A DNA stretch of 64,000 bases from Dendronephthya gigantea (taxonomy: Eukaryota): assembly GCF_004324835.1 (NCBI RefSeq), contig NW_021163026.1, positions 2,035,271 through 2,099,270 on the forward strand, in the 5' to 3' direction. The position numbers were made by a program, and so were the translations under genes. Within the stretch, counting starts at the first letter, position 1; every line of letters starts with the position of its first letter. This document shows positions 43,793 through 57,012 of the stretch, piece by piece. The notes beneath the pieces were generated by a model. The model did not search any database, was not told where the DNA came from, and saw nothing but the letters and a program-made list of their open reading frames with translations.

Positions 43793-45043
43793 ATGAAACT
43801 ATGAATGGTAGTTTGGTTCAATTTTGAATTCAAAGTTATTTTTTGTCCAGCAAGGATTTTTAACACTCATTGGCTCTATCATTGTTCTTTCCAGAAATGT
43901 AACATTGTCCTCATGATCTACTGTTATCACTGAGTGTGTTCTAAAATTTCATAGAAAAGAAACAATAAAATGAAGATGAAGTGTAATCTATTCACTATAC
44001 TATACAAGCTTCCCCTGGACCTTTCAGGCCAAAAAAATCTTAAGCTTACTATCAAGGATAAAGGCCTGGCCTGGAACCATTTACACTTAGACAGACTTGA
44101 TGAAGTCACTTGTATAAACAACCCACCTGGAGCAATAGTTCATTTCAGGAATTTTCACTGATATTGCTGAGAGTCTTTCAAGGAACATGTCAGGGAGGCC
44201 CTCATCTTCAGGACCGCGAAAGGCATCATCAACACCATACCTAGGAATAAGTTACTTGTGAAAGATGTGTCAAGATGATTTGCAGCTAGATGACTGGCAG
44301 ATGGTAATTAAGAATGTCTCTCCTGTTTTTACCTAGTCTCATCAAGTAACAATTCCAAAACTTTATCAACTTTCTCTTGCATTGAACTCTCTTCTTTCAC
44401 AATCTTTTCAAACTGTTTTTTTCCCAAATCAACTTTCTTCCAACCATAATCCAAATATCGATTACTAAGACCATAGATTCCTGGCGTCAAGTCCTGCAAA
44501 GGTCGACTCTCTTTGTTGCAATAATAACTGAAATTCATTTCAGTTTTTCCAGGAATGACTTCACCAAGAATCAAGTTAAAACCACCATATTTGTGGCCAT
44601 TTTCTTCAACATTTTCTAGAAATGTTTTGGGTTTTTCCTCAGATTTAAGAAAATCAGACACAAGTTGCCCTCGGCCAATTTCATCCTCGCGTTTAAATTT
44701 TGGACTTTGTCTGTAGTTCGTGAGGATTCCAACTTTACCACTTTTAGACATCCCAAGCCAGGTACCACCTTCTTTTCCAGGAAAAAGATCAATACCTATA
44801 AAGGTCCATAATTGGTAAATAATTATATCATCATTATTCTAACTGAATTAATAAAGTCATCATTATCTCTCTAGTTGTGACCATTTGTTACATCCCACGG
44901 CACATCACCTGATATAATATCTGGTCGTTTTTCCCACCAATGGAGCTCTTTTGTTGGTCGACTAGTGTATTCATCTCTGTTCACACCAATTATAACTTTA
45001 TATCCATCATGTATTGGATTATCTGAGATGGCCAAAAACACAA
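43793..45043 (-). CDS. TANGO2: TANGO2 (transport and Golgi organization 2 / DUF833) copy A, four exons.
   Basis: Exon 1 encodes MCIVFLAISDNPIHDGYKVIIGVNRDEYTSRPTKELHWW (compare human MCIIFF...LILAANRDEFYSRPS). Exon 2 encodes GKEGGTWLGMSKSGKVGILTNYRQ...GFNLI...LTPGIYGLSN. The last exon encodes VDHEDNVTFLERTM (compare VDADGHVTFTERSM). Confidence 0.8.
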
Positions 45044-45273
45044 TACACATGTTTCATATGGAAGCATATAATCAATTATTAATGTAATCGATTATTTCGT
45101 ATGTTTCGTCTATATAGACCAATAAATGGACTCTATTTCAACTGTATTTTTTTAAAATATGTAACATCGTCCTATATCCAGTTATCACTTTCGAGATCAG
45201 TGTCAAAAAATATTAGTCTCCAGACTCCATCTTCCTCGCGCGCCATTTAAAAATGTTGCGGGAGCCATCAAAG
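45044..45273. promoter_or_regulatory. Putative bidirectional promoter between TANGO2 copy A (-) and GOSR1 (+).
   Basis: The start codons of the two genes lie head-to-head about 230 bp apart. The interval contains a GC-rich tract (ccatcttcctcgcgcgccatttaaaaatgttgcgggagcc). This is inference from gene arrangement only. Confidence 0.4.
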
Positions 45274-48200
45274 ATGGCTGCCTCGAACTCGTTAAAAGAA
45301 TGGGAAGGTAAGCGAGATTCGCCGAGATTCTGTTGAATTACAATCGTAAGATACCTATAAACGTATTCTTCGTGTGCCTGTGTGTGGATTCATGTTCGTA
45401 GCAGTTCTGTAATCTCAGTTTTTGGTTGTTGTTTATGCCTTAGACTTACGCAGAAAAGCTCGTCAAATTGAAAACGAACTCGATTTGAAGCTGGTTTCTT
45501 TCAGCAAGCTCGGCACTAGTTACAGTCATCGAGATGACAGGTAGGAAAGAAAGCTCCGAGTACCATTATGTAGTTATATTCGACACAAAATGGATGTTTA
45601 AGGGAATTTATTTGCCATTATTTTGCTCTAGTTCTGACAAATCTCCGCTGTTGAATAATTCGTCGAGCGAACACATGTTTCAAACAATGTCCTTAGAAAT
45701 TGGAGATTTACTGTCAAAGGTATGAAAAATTGAAAAAGTTTCACAGTATTACGAAATATTGCTGATATTAAACATATATGTTGTGTATTACGTCATCTGT
45801 ATTTCGTCAGCAGATGACGTCACATAAACCTTATTTAGGCACAATGACCACATTAGAAATTTTGCTGATTTTCATCAGGGGTGTGCTATTAACTATATAA
45901 ATAACTTACAAAAGAAAGCAATTTACTATTAAGTACAAACTGCCCCAAAAAACTAATCAATCTATACTACTTGACCATTTGGAGGCAGGCGAAATAGTTT
46001 TTACAAAACAAATTATAAGATACTGAATTTCAAACATTCTCTGATATTCTATGAATGAAGTAATTTCTTCACCAGGACTTTTCCAAGAAAACGTTTGTAA
46101 ATTCTAAGATATTTTAAATTTAAAACTCTTTTTCATCCAGCGCGGGTTTTCAATGCTCATTGGTTGAACCATAGTTCTCTCTAGAAATGTTACATTGTCT
46201 TCATGGTCCACCGCTATGACTGAATTGGTTCTATAAATTAGGCAAATGAAAGAGGAATTCGTGTTGGTTTTATATTACAGTAAGCTGAGGCCTGTTTTCA
46301 AGCTCTTCAAGAGCCAAATAAATTGTTACTATACATGCGCGAAATATGGACTGTAATTAAAGGCGTTGTTACACTATGCAATTTTTCCTGCAACTTGCAA
46401 TACAATTCTTCGTTTGAGAGATGTAAATTTGGCAACTACCAAACTTTCGTCTTTATTACACTCTATGGCGTTTCTTATATTTACAATTTGAAGGCTCTTC
46501 CCTAATTTACATCTCTTAAAAGTAGAATTGCATTGCAAGTTGCAGGAAAAATTGCACCGTGTAACATGGCCTTAAAGGCGCTGTTACACTATGAAATTTT
46601 CTTTGGAACTTTCAATGTGATTATAATTTTGAGGGATGTTAATTTGTAAAAAGTATTCGAAATGCTAAGAAGACGTTAGCTGATCGTAAGAAATGTTCGT
46701 ATTTGACAACTTTAAATGTCTCAGAAGTAGAATTGTATTGCAAGTTGCAAGGAAAGTTGCATAGTGTAACACCACCATAAGTCGTGTCGTATAACAGGAC
46801 TCACCGTGAACAACAGTTGAACTCGGGCATTTTAATCGAGATTGCAGTAAGTCCTTCGAGGAACTCTTCGGAAAGACCATCATCCTCAGGACCTCGAAAT
46901 GAGGCATCGATAGAATACCTTAAAATAAGAAGATTTTACGTCCCGAAAAATAAACCAAGACTTCTTCGCAAAACGTTTCATCAGATATAGAGCAGGTGCT
47001 ACTGACTGCATATTTTTCTTCCTAATCTTCTAAAAATTGGGGATTCCTGTGTTGTAAGTCTTCAGTGGTACCTAAAAGAACCCGTCGATTACCTAAGTTA
47101 TAAATGTCTCTCCTATAATAACCTTACCTAGTCTCATCTAGTAACAGTTCCAAAACTTTATCAACTTTCCCTTGCATTGAACTCTCTTCTTTCACGATCT
47201 TTTCAAACTGTTTCTTTCCCAAATCAACTTTCTTCCAACCATAATCCAGATATCGATTACTAAGACCATAGATTCCTGGTGTCAAGTCCTGCAAAGGCCG
47301 ACTCTCCTTGTTGCAATAATAACTGAAATTCATTTCAGTTTTCCCAGGAATGACTTCACCAAGAATCAAGTTAAAACCACGGTATTTCTCGTGGTTTTTC
47401 TTAACATCGTCCAAAAATGCTCTGGGTCCTTTCTCGGATTTCAAATAGTCCGACACAAGGTGTCCTCTTCGTATTTCGTTTTTCCCCTTAAATTTATCAC
47501 TCTGTCTGTAGTGGGTGAGGATTCCAATCTTTCCTCCTGTGGACATCCCAAGCCATGTCCCCCCCTCTCCACCAGAAACAAGATCAACGCCTGTAAAACG
47601 ATTTCTGCTTTAAATCTGCTTGTGTTTTTGGGCACAAGAAAACAATAGGGGTATACTAGTAAATTGAGGATTGGATGTGCTGACGCAGACGCTTACGGAG
47701 CACTACCGTGATTGGGGTTGCGTTTCATTCTCAGAGATGGTCATATTCAGCACTCTATTTGAATTTCAAATCCTCTTATGAGGTAGTGTCATTGATGGGG
47801 TATAAAAATGTAGAAAATTTACCCCATTCTCGGCAACATCATGTTCCCCAAACATTTCCCGCGTTTTTACGGATGCAATTATTAAAGGTTATTGTTAAGA
47901 ATTTTGCATGAAAATCCCGTTTTTTAACTAACCATAGACCATTTCGGCTTGCATGCAAATTCACCCATTTCAGATGTTGTGATCTTGGAATAAAACGTAA
48001 CTATTTTAGACCATGTGATTTGAAATGGGTTAGTTTGCATACAAGCTGAAAAGGTCTATGAATTATTGAATGAGAATTTAGTTATTTCTGTTGATATACA
48101 TGGTTTTTCTGTTTAGTTGTTATACAAATCCAATGTTCAATGCATCCTTGGCAATCCCATGTTTGGAAAACCTTGTTGATTTGAATACAACACCACATCA

Positions 48201-51200
48201 CGCAAATATAACCGCAATTGCTTTGTAGCGTATTTCCGTATTTATTTGTTTGCGAATTGCGATTTGGTGCATTTTATTTTTATCTTAACATCTTTTCAAC
48301 ACGTAAAATAACATGCATACTTTCAAAGAGTATAAAAGATATATATACACCTTATAGTATAGTATTTTAAAGTAAAAAAACAGGAATATTTTAAAGTCAC
48401 CTGTGAATAAGCAGGACATCGTCAAGTCATATTTCAAAGTCATCTTCAGACAGAATTTTTTTTTAAATGGTCACAGACAGAATGATTTTTTTAAATGGTC
48501 ATGCTTTTTGGTGTTTATTTCAATTAATAATAACTTTCAATTAATAATATGCCAACAAGTCTGCTTTCAATTAATAATAAGCCGGTAATGAACTCGCGTT
48601 TAACACTTATACAACCATGTGTGTCAATGTATGTATGTGTGCCCCAACCACAGTACGTTGGTTTCCACGGATGAGCCTCAGGATTAAAAATTACAAAAAG
48701 CGTTACCACCAGTTGATGTTATGGTTGGAATGTGTTGCAATATGTTTCTCGAGTATTTATTACGTTTGAGCAAAGTTTTAAGTGGCTTTTGAATACGTGA
48801 ATTGATTCAACCAGTTCGCTATTCCATAGCTTAGCTCCACTACATTTAAAGCTTTTTTTAGAGACCATCACAACGAGAAATTAATATTTTTCGAACCTGA
48901 GATAATATCTGGTCGATCCTTCCACCAATGAAGTTCCTTCGTTGGCCGATTGATATACTCGTCCCTGTTTACGCCGACAATAAGTTTGTATCCGTCTTGT
49001 ATAGGGTTGTCTGAAATTGACAAAAATACTATGCACATTTTTTTGTGTCGAAATTCGGTAAGATCAAGGCTTTTGCTGGTTTCGCGAAAGGTTTTTGTTC
49101 CGTCTTCGAGAACGTCGTGAAATGTATCCATAAATCATGTGACTGTGCCAAATCGCTCCAGTCTACAGGGTGCATCAGATTAGATTATTTACTTTTCAAT
49201 GCAAAGGTTGTCAATGCATATCACCCTCCACCAAAAAGAAACACTTAGACCGGGGGCGTAGCTAGAAGCTTAATTGGGGGAGTGCATATTCATATATTCG
49301 TCTTATACCTGAATGATTTCTTTTGTATGCTATTGTTCCTATGGTGTAAACATGAATATATGCAGTGGCGTAGCCAGCCCGACAATTTAGTCATGCTATG
49401 CTAATATTTTGGTGTTCATTGACTGTAAAAACAATGAATTTCTAAAGAAATGAATAATGATAAGTCGTCAGGCTGGCTACGCCACTGAATATATGAATAT
49501 ACATCCCCCAATTAAGCGGTCTAGCTACGGCCCTAAGCCCCTGACTTAGACATGACTTGGCCTACATTCCGTAAGCTTATAAAGTTTCAAAAGATGCGAA
49601 AAACATAAAAACCTTCGATGCCTTAGTCTTCTTGTCGCTTTTAGCATCATTAGACGTCATTTGACACGGGTCACAGCATCGTTTTGTTCGTTACACGTCT
49701 TTCCGTGTCTTTGGAATAATTACACCGATAACGAATTATGGGAAGAATCATGTCGTTTCCTGTCTTTTTATGTCGTTGAGATAGGATTTGTTCTGTCCGA
49801 GCGACACTGTCGTTTTCTGTTTCTCTCAGTCGTTATCGGTCTTTCACGACTATTCCAAAGACAGGGAAAGACATGTAACAACAGCTAACGACTGAATGGA
49901 AACTAGGCATAAGCAGTCATATATCGTGTGAATAAGTTTATAATACGTTGCTCGTTCTCAATTTTAATTCAACTTCTCAATTTTAGTTGACGGAAATCAA
50001 CGATAAAATGGTCGAGGTGACGTCGAACCTGAGTTTCTCTCAGCCGAGTGCCTCGCAAATGCATACACTGCAAAGACATAGAGATATCTTGAAAGATTAC
50101 TCGCAAGAATTTACCAAGACAAAGGTATGCAACTAAATAAACCGCATAGCTGTAGAATGATCGACCTCTCCTAGATCTCTGGGTGGGCTGGTCGGCATTA
50201 TCCATGCTTTAGATGGTATTATTGCGTCTTCTTGACATTCCATGCTTAAATCATACTATTTTAAAACCTTTCTTCTTTTAGGCAAATATTGAAGCGTACA
50301 TTGAAAGAGAAGAGTTACTAGGGTATGTTTGTGGAATAAGTTTCATTATGAATACATGGACGTTATGTTTACTTAAAGTTATCCACTACAAACGATTTCC
50401 TTTGCTCTAAACCGTTTGATATGCAGAGTGACCTGAACATAGATTTCGTCAAAATGAAGTTTACTTTTGATTGCAAAACAGCAAGGGTTCGCAACGCATG
50501 TTGGGTCGTTTAATATATGACATTTGAAATGTCAAATGCACTGTTTCCAAGGAATGAGCGGAGCATTCCATTTGTGCTTTAACACAGTTGCAGTGATGTT
50601 GAAAGAAATTGCTTTAAAGAAAGTGCTTGTGTTAGAAGAAAGTGCTTGTGTTAAAAGAAAGTGCTTCCCATGACTGTAGGATCGCCTTTTCGTATTGACT
50701 TTCCACATTTTAAAATACAGCAAGCATTTCGAATATGTTTACATGCAAGATGCGCTCCAAAACCGTGTGACATCGTAGGCAGCCCGGTCAATGCGGGTAC
50801 CGCATACTGATATTACTTAAAAATTGTGTATTCGTTATTGTAATGCATTGTTTCCATTGGTAAAGACGACGCTGTAATTTGTGAATTATCTATCTTTAGA
50901 AGTGGTCGTTCCTCGTCTTCTGGCGTTCATCGTAAAACCGATCTCTATCTTAAAGAAAATGAACATATTCGAAAGTGAGTTGAAACTGATCTCAAAGAAG
51001 CGTTGATAGTGCTAAGATTTTTATCATTCTCTACCGTGTTTCCTAAAATTAGTTTCTACCCCACAGACTACTATTTTACAATCTTTACAATCTTAAAACA
51101 CTCCTCGACCTCTTAAATCTCTTCACATCCCACAAATGTGGTATGGTTAACTACCTTGTCTTGAGCCGCACTAGCGGGCTGGCCCAACCTAAATTTTTGT

Positions 51201-52118
51201 TGCTCCTTCCCCCCTCTCTCCAAAATCCTTGGTACGCTTCTGATGAATTCGTTGTTTTAACGAACGTGGTATATTTGGATCGCTGGACCGCTCTATGCCT
51301 CTATCCATTGAACTTTGAATCTTATATAATGACCGACATTGCTTGATAATTTAAGAATGTGCACTAAAAGATTTAAATCTGTAGCAAAATGCGTGTAATT
51401 CTTGTTTATCTTGTTTTTTAATGTTGTTTTTTTGCAGTTCTGATCGCCTCGCCAATGAAGCTATCGGGTAAGTTGATTCAGCTTGTAGCCATGTCATTGA
51501 CAACAATCCTGCGTGTTGTCATGGATGGTTGGGGCAGCGCTTTTGAAACGATGGGATTTTTGTTTCACTTAGAATTGCAATGGCGACGAAGGAGAACATG
51601 TCGAGGCAGCGAGGAGCACTTTATCAAATATCATCCAGGATGGGAGGAATAACTGGTATCCTTTTGACAAAACTAATCAACTTTTTGCGGGACAAAGTCC
51701 GTTTACACTTGCAATTTTAGCTGCGATTTTATGTCGATTTTCTTCTTTTGATAGATGTGAACGAGTGATTAGTTACGAATGTTCTGATTAATAAGAGCTC
51801 TTATTTGAGCATCAGTAACTAATTCACTCGTTCACATCTACCAGAAGGCGAAAATCGCACATGTGAACGAGCCTTGACGTGAATAGTTACTACCAACTGT
51901 TGATATCTAATTGGTACTTTACTTAATATAATGATGGTCATCTACCTGCAGACCATTTATATTTTGTCTTTTTAACCTTAACCAACACCACAGGTCGCTT
52001 TCCCGCACTGAACAATTTAATGCAGAAAATAAATTTGAGAAAACGACGGGATGCAATAATCGTGAGCGTGGTCATAGCGGTTTGTCTGATCTTGCTTATT
52101 CTCTACGCTACAAGGTAG
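45274..52118 (+). CDS. GOSR1: Golgi SNAP receptor complex member 1 (GS28) gene. Nine exons: 45274-45307, 45444-45540, 45632-45719, 49986-50124, 50281-50321, 50900-50974, 51438-51467, 51572-51655 and 51995-52118.
   Basis: Every exon keeps its phase and matches GOSR1 from memory: MAASNSLKEWEDLRRKARQIENELDLKLVSFSKLGTSYSH; SDKSPLLNNSSSEHMFQTMSLEIGDLLSK; MHTLQRHRDILKDYSQEFTKTK; ANIEAYIEREELLG; TDLYLKENEHIRNSDRLANEAIGIAMATKENMSRQRG; and a C-terminal TM anchor RFPALNNLMQKINLRKRRDAIIVSVVIAVCLILLILYATR then stop. Confidence 0.9.
46113..49039 (-). CDS. TANGO2: TANGO2 copy B. Four exons: about 49039-48896, 47581-47128, 46914-46808 and 46204-46113. It lies entirely inside GOSR1 intron 3 on the opposite strand.
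   Basis: The exon structure and splice phases match copy A. ORFs 48868-49131 and 47124-47546 are about 85-90% identical to copy A at the protein level (MSTGGKIGILTHYRQ...GFNLILGEVIPGKTEMNFSYYCNKESRPLQDLTPGIYGLSNRYLDYGWKKVDLGKKQFEKIV is identical over long stretches). Confidence 0.8.
46362..46790. mobile_element. One full copy (46362-46572) plus two partial copies of the 18436-18643 MITE family, in an intron of TANGO2 copy B and of GOSR1.
   Basis: gttgttacactatgcaatttttcctgcaacttgcaatacaattcttcgtttgagagatgtaaattt...aatttacatctcttaaaagtagaattgcattgcaagttgcaggaaaaattgcaccgtgtaacatggcc. The fragments are ggcgctgttacactatgaaattttc and agaattgtattgcaagttgcaaggaaagttgcatagtgtaacac. Confidence 0.75.
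49262..49533. mobile_element. Palindromic element (putative MITE) with terminal inverted repeats of about 45 bp and an inner inverted repeat.
   Basis: The outer arms are gggggcgtagctagaagcttaattgggggagtgcatattcatatattc ... gaatatatgaatatacatcccccaattaagcggtctagctacggccc. The inner arms are gcagtggcgtagccagcccgac ... gtcaggctggctacgccactg. Confidence 0.65.
51705..51880. mobile_element. Second copy of the hairpin MITE family M-gtgaacgag, in GOSR1 intron 8.
   Basis: ttttgatagatgtgaacgagtgattagttacgaatg...catcagtaactaattcactcgttcacatctaccagaag. This is about 85% identical to the 13195-13345 copy. Confidence 0.75.
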
Positions 52119-53695
52119 TTGTATGTATCGAAGCATGAAAATGGTCTCCAAGCTTTCACCCTCTGGATTCATTGGGGATGCTGCAGGGTATGTTGGTATA
52201 TCAGGGTAAAATGATAGCTACTTGGGTAAAGATTACCATTGTAATTGCATTACCCACTGACCACCATAGAGGCTCCTGTTCGATCCTCATATTAGGTTAG
52301 AATAATATTAGACAATAAGATTGAACATGTGATTTTGATATTCAAAAACATCCTCCAATTTGAAATGAAATATTTTACTGTTAAAAATGATAAAGCGGAT
52401 AGAGGGGGATTTGGGTAGCTTACATTCAAATGAACTCTAGGAAAAAGATGTAAATTTTAGAGTGAAATAAAAGCACAGACTCTAAAGAAATAATACAATG
52501 AAAAGTTCCCCTGTGCATGCGTTTATTTTTTGTGCCATCACATGATGCCTCATCTCAGACCCTAAACTCACCTATATAATAAAAAACATTGTATTTGATG
52601 CTTAGAAACAATGACAAATTACACATGACCTGGGTTTTTTTCAACCATTTAATACAAAAATGTCAATCATATAATAATCTTACACAATTATTAGTTCCAT
52701 TATTTTGTATATATACAACTGAATTACAACAAGCTGAGTTAGTGTCATAGCAATTTTTCACAACCTTAACTTAGCTACTAAATAATTATATATAATAATT
52801 ATATATATAATATATATTTATATCCCATAGAATAGCTTAAGTATAGAACCATATATTTCTAGCAAATAGCAGTTTGCTTTTTTTGCTAAGTATTAACTGT
52901 GTGCTTATATTATGAGGGGAAGAAATTAGACAGATTGGGAAACTAAGCAATACTCCAGAATTAAAGTATAAATACTAAAAATAACAAGAACAATAACATG
53001 CATAGGGTAGTCTAAAAAGTAGGTGAAATATTGCAGTTGCATTATTGAATTGTCGCCTTGGTATATGCATGCTTAAACCTTGTCCTTTGTATCTTTTCTT
53101 ATCTTTTTTAATGTTTTTTGAACATGAACAACAGCAACAGAACTACTAGGCATTCAATTCACCCAAAGTTTGTGAAACAGCAGAGAATTGCAAATGTAGT
53201 TAGCATCCAACATGCATTCACACCTCACAACAACGCATGTGTGCATATCTTTTAGAATTTTGTATTGTGAGCAGCTTCTTTAATGACATCCTTGTTCCTT
53301 TCATGTTTCATAACTTGATCAAATTGCATTCGAAAGTTTTCTGGACTAGCCCACGAGTTAGGACGATACTAAAACAGAAATGCACAGGTTATGAATTTGG
53401 GACTTATTATCTGGTTTACCCCTTAAAAATTTCCAATCAAAAGCTAGGATACAACGTACAAGTAATTAATTGCTATCTGCTGTTACATGTACCTGTTTAT
53501 TAAGACGTGATTTTTCTCGTAGTTGAAGTTTTACTTGAGTGCTTAAAAGTTGAAATAAGAAAGTTATAATATATTGACTTTATTATGCCTATTTTACCTG
53601 ATAATCATTCTTCCTGTGATGGGTCTAATGGAGATCATTATTCATCTAAAGATAACACAACTCTAAAGATAACATTTCAATTCATGGCCTTGCTT

Positions 53696-56600
53696 ACTCG
53701 TTTCTTAAATTTCGTTTGCCTAGTTCCTGTAGGAGTTGACCAGAGAAGGGTGGACACTAAAACATTGGACATAAAAATTACCAAAATGTTTTTAATAACC
53801 AACAAAACTGTAAAGTTTAACAAACAAAACCTTCACAGGGTTCATCATCCTTTTCTACATACATTTTTGGCTTGAACATCATCAAATGAAATGGATTTAT
53901 TGAATGGATGGTTTTTGTACATGTCCAGTGTACATAATCTTTGCTTTGGGTCTCTTTCTAGCAACTAAAAAAACCACAAAATATATTGAGCTTGCATATC
54001 TTTATTTAAGGATATTATTTTTAATTCAATTATTCAATGTGTTTCACCTTCTGAAGGATATCACCAGCTTCTTCAGACACTTGTTTAAGTAACTCTTGTT
54101 TTTCTTTTTGTTCAACTGGTACAGGATAGGGAAACTATAAAAAAGACTTTTATTATAACAATCTGACACACTTATTTGAACTACACCTGCTGCAGAAAGA
54201 TACCTTTGATAATAGTGATGCACAGAGAACTGCACCAAGGGCATACCAATCTACTGCATGTCCATATTTCTCACTTTTTAGCATTTCTGGAGCTACAACA
54301 ATTTAAATATTTCATGTACTTTTATTGTGCATTGTTGACTTGGAATATGTAACTCATTGAACTTCAACACATGCTTCTCCTTACCCATATATTTTAATGT
54401 GCCAGTAACTGTAGATGTTTTTTCGCCAGAAGACAGCCATTTTGCTAATCCGAAGTCGGTAATCACTATATGACCTGGAGTATATGAAAAAAAGAGTACA
54501 ATGTTGGGTAAGATTTAGTTCATTTATTGCAAATAAAACTAAATAAAACTAATTCTTGGCATAAAGTTATTTTTAATACTTTTGTTGAGTTACCTTGCTT
54601 ATTGATGAGTATATTTTCCATCTAAAGAAACATTAAGCATTTCTTTAATGTTCCGTAACTGTAAACTATATGCTAGTCATTGCTCAATTTACCTTTAAGT
54701 CTCTATATATTATGCCATTCGTATGAAAGTAATCTGGAATTGAATGGATTTGTTAGGTAATGTCAAATTGCTGATATTCCTGGCAAAATTAATTTTTTCA
54801 TTACCTAAAGCAAGCGCTATTTCTGCTCCAAGTAATGTTACAGTGTTTTCATCAAATCTCTTTTTTGCTTGCCAGAATGTATGCAGGTCACCAAAATCAA
54901 CAAATTCTGAGACTGGAGATAGGAGAAAAATGATTAAATCACTCTCTTTCTAATACACATATTAATCAATATATGAAAGCTGTCTAGAGTCCTGACTAAA
55001 CTAGCAGAATTCACTCACCCACATAAAGATTATGTTTTGTCTGCCATGAACACTTTAGTTTAGTAACAAATGCATGTTGACTAAGTATATTCTGTTATAA
55101 AAATACATAAGATACTGCTTAAAATTTATATTGGATTAGTTCACAACAGAGAATGAGATAATTCCTTGTTACCTGAATCTTAATTTCATCCTTGCATTGT
55201 TGCACACACTCCTCCCTCACAATGTCTGATTTGTTGGACACCTGTGTATCATATCATATAATAATATTCAACAGGTTTTACACCTTATGTGAGCAGAAAT
55301 TTTGAGCTCTTTCATTGCCATTAGGGGCATAGAAATTTGGTACAAGTTTGGTGGACTAATACCAGAAGGTGCCACCTGATGGCTGAATGGAAAACCTTGC
55401 AAATTTTAAAGGGAATGGCTCCACAGTTTCTATGCCCTACAATGATATTACCTTCATTGCAAATATCTCTTGTGTATCTTTCTTCTTAACTTTCAATATC
55501 TAAATCCAAAAGAATAATTATGATATATAAATTGCCACATCTTGACACTCTTCACCTGTCATACAACACATCACCTTACCAATGCAAACTGTCATGCACC
55601 ATACCATAAGCATACCATACCACTGGGCTCGACTAATCTAGCATATCAAATATCACTAAAACTCAACTATCACCATGGTCACAATTGTATTGATTTTCAA
55701 AAACAAATACACATCCGGAAAAAAAATTCATGAACATTTACTTACATGACCAAAATCCCCTTTTCCAATATTCTCCAAGATCTAGTCAAGCAGAAAAAAT
55801 GAATCAGAAAAAGTGTTATAAAAAAATGTAACGCCGTCTCCACAACAACCCACAAAACATGCTGTACTTTCCGCCCATTTAACACTTTTTACAAAAACAA
55901 AAACCCACGATGAACAATCTTGCTAGCATCTGGTTAGCGCGTGTTTTGTGCAGATATTTCTTAAAACACAGTCCGAGCATTCTTCTTGTGACATTCATCA
56001 CGTTCTCAAAGATTTATTGACAACGGTTAATTACTATCATAACCAAATTGCTTCTCAATTTGAACAAAGCTTGATCTTTTTACAGGACGATCACGCGTTC
56101 TTCGGCCGTGAAAACCAGACAGATTTTTAGTCATAATACACAAAGATCGGATGCATTACCCTCCGCTAATCGTTAAACCAAATATTATCGCGGCTCGTAT
56201 TGACTTTGCCCCAAAATATTGACAAAATGAATTTACATAATTGGCAGAAATAAAAACACATTCCACAAGAACGTTTAAACGGCAAATATAAATGCGAATA
56301 TTGTAACTAAGTATTTGTAATTGCCACAATGTTTCGAAAGAATTTACAACTCCTAAAAATTGATACAATTATCATTCATCAAGTTGTTGTTTGGGTTAAT
56401 CGCGTATTATGAAATATTTTTGTTTTGACAATTTCTTTTTCCCCATCGTATGTATAAAACATTTATAAGCGATCTGGCACGCGACTTTTTTTTTCATTGA
56501 AAACTCAATTTTGTTTTGTGTTATCTCAAAACCACTAGTTATCGCTTTTAGGAAACAATTTACAGGGCATTTAATCGTGATTCGAAGTTTATGCTTCACC

Positions 56601-57012
56601 GTGTAACATCATAAACAAAGTCCGCAACACAATTATCACGCTTGCTGCGGAAATACAAAGAAACTACACTATTATTAATTGCAAGGGCACATCTGTTAAT
56701 ATCTCTTACCTGATACTCGTTAAATTTAACGGCAGATTTGTACTCGTACTCTGGTAAAAAAAGCGAGTCGCTTTGTGGATGAGGCCAAGGTGTTTTGTTC
56801 GCGCTATCGTACGTGGTACTTCTTCGTTTCTCATTATTTGTTCTCTTGAAAGGCCGGGTCCGAAAGGATCTGAAAATACCTGATTCACGATCTTGTGGGA
56901 TCACCTCAACTCGAAAGCGTACATGCCGCGATCCATCTTCACCGTCGTCTAAATCTTCATCATAGAATTTTGAATTGGTTTGATCTTGCGTGCCAGAATG
57001 TTTATTGCCCAT
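53696..57012 (-). CDS. STK32/YANK-family AGC serine/threonine kinase, about 13 exons. Exon 1 is 57012-56707 and starts MGNKHSG.
   Basis: Exon 1 ends ...EYEYKSAVKFNEYQ at a GTAAGA donor. The following exons encode ILENIGKGDFGH; ILKVKKKDTQEIFAMK; VSNKSDIVREECVQQCKDEIKIQ; NILSQHAFVTKLKCSWQ...; SEFVDFGDLHTFWQ...[43 protein letters not shown]...GTLKYMAPEML...AVDWYALG; and KNHPFNKSISFDDVQAKNVCPPF then stop. The alignment to STK32A is strong, e.g. [29 protein letters not shown]. The MG start gives a consensus N-myristoylation site, as in STK32 kinases. Confidence 0.75.

Noticed and set aside
52225-52300. tRNA-like T-arm motif (ggctcctgttcgatcctc).
   Set aside because: I could not fold a complete cloverleaf (no acceptor stem or anticodon arm), so it is probably chance or a SINE-head remnant.
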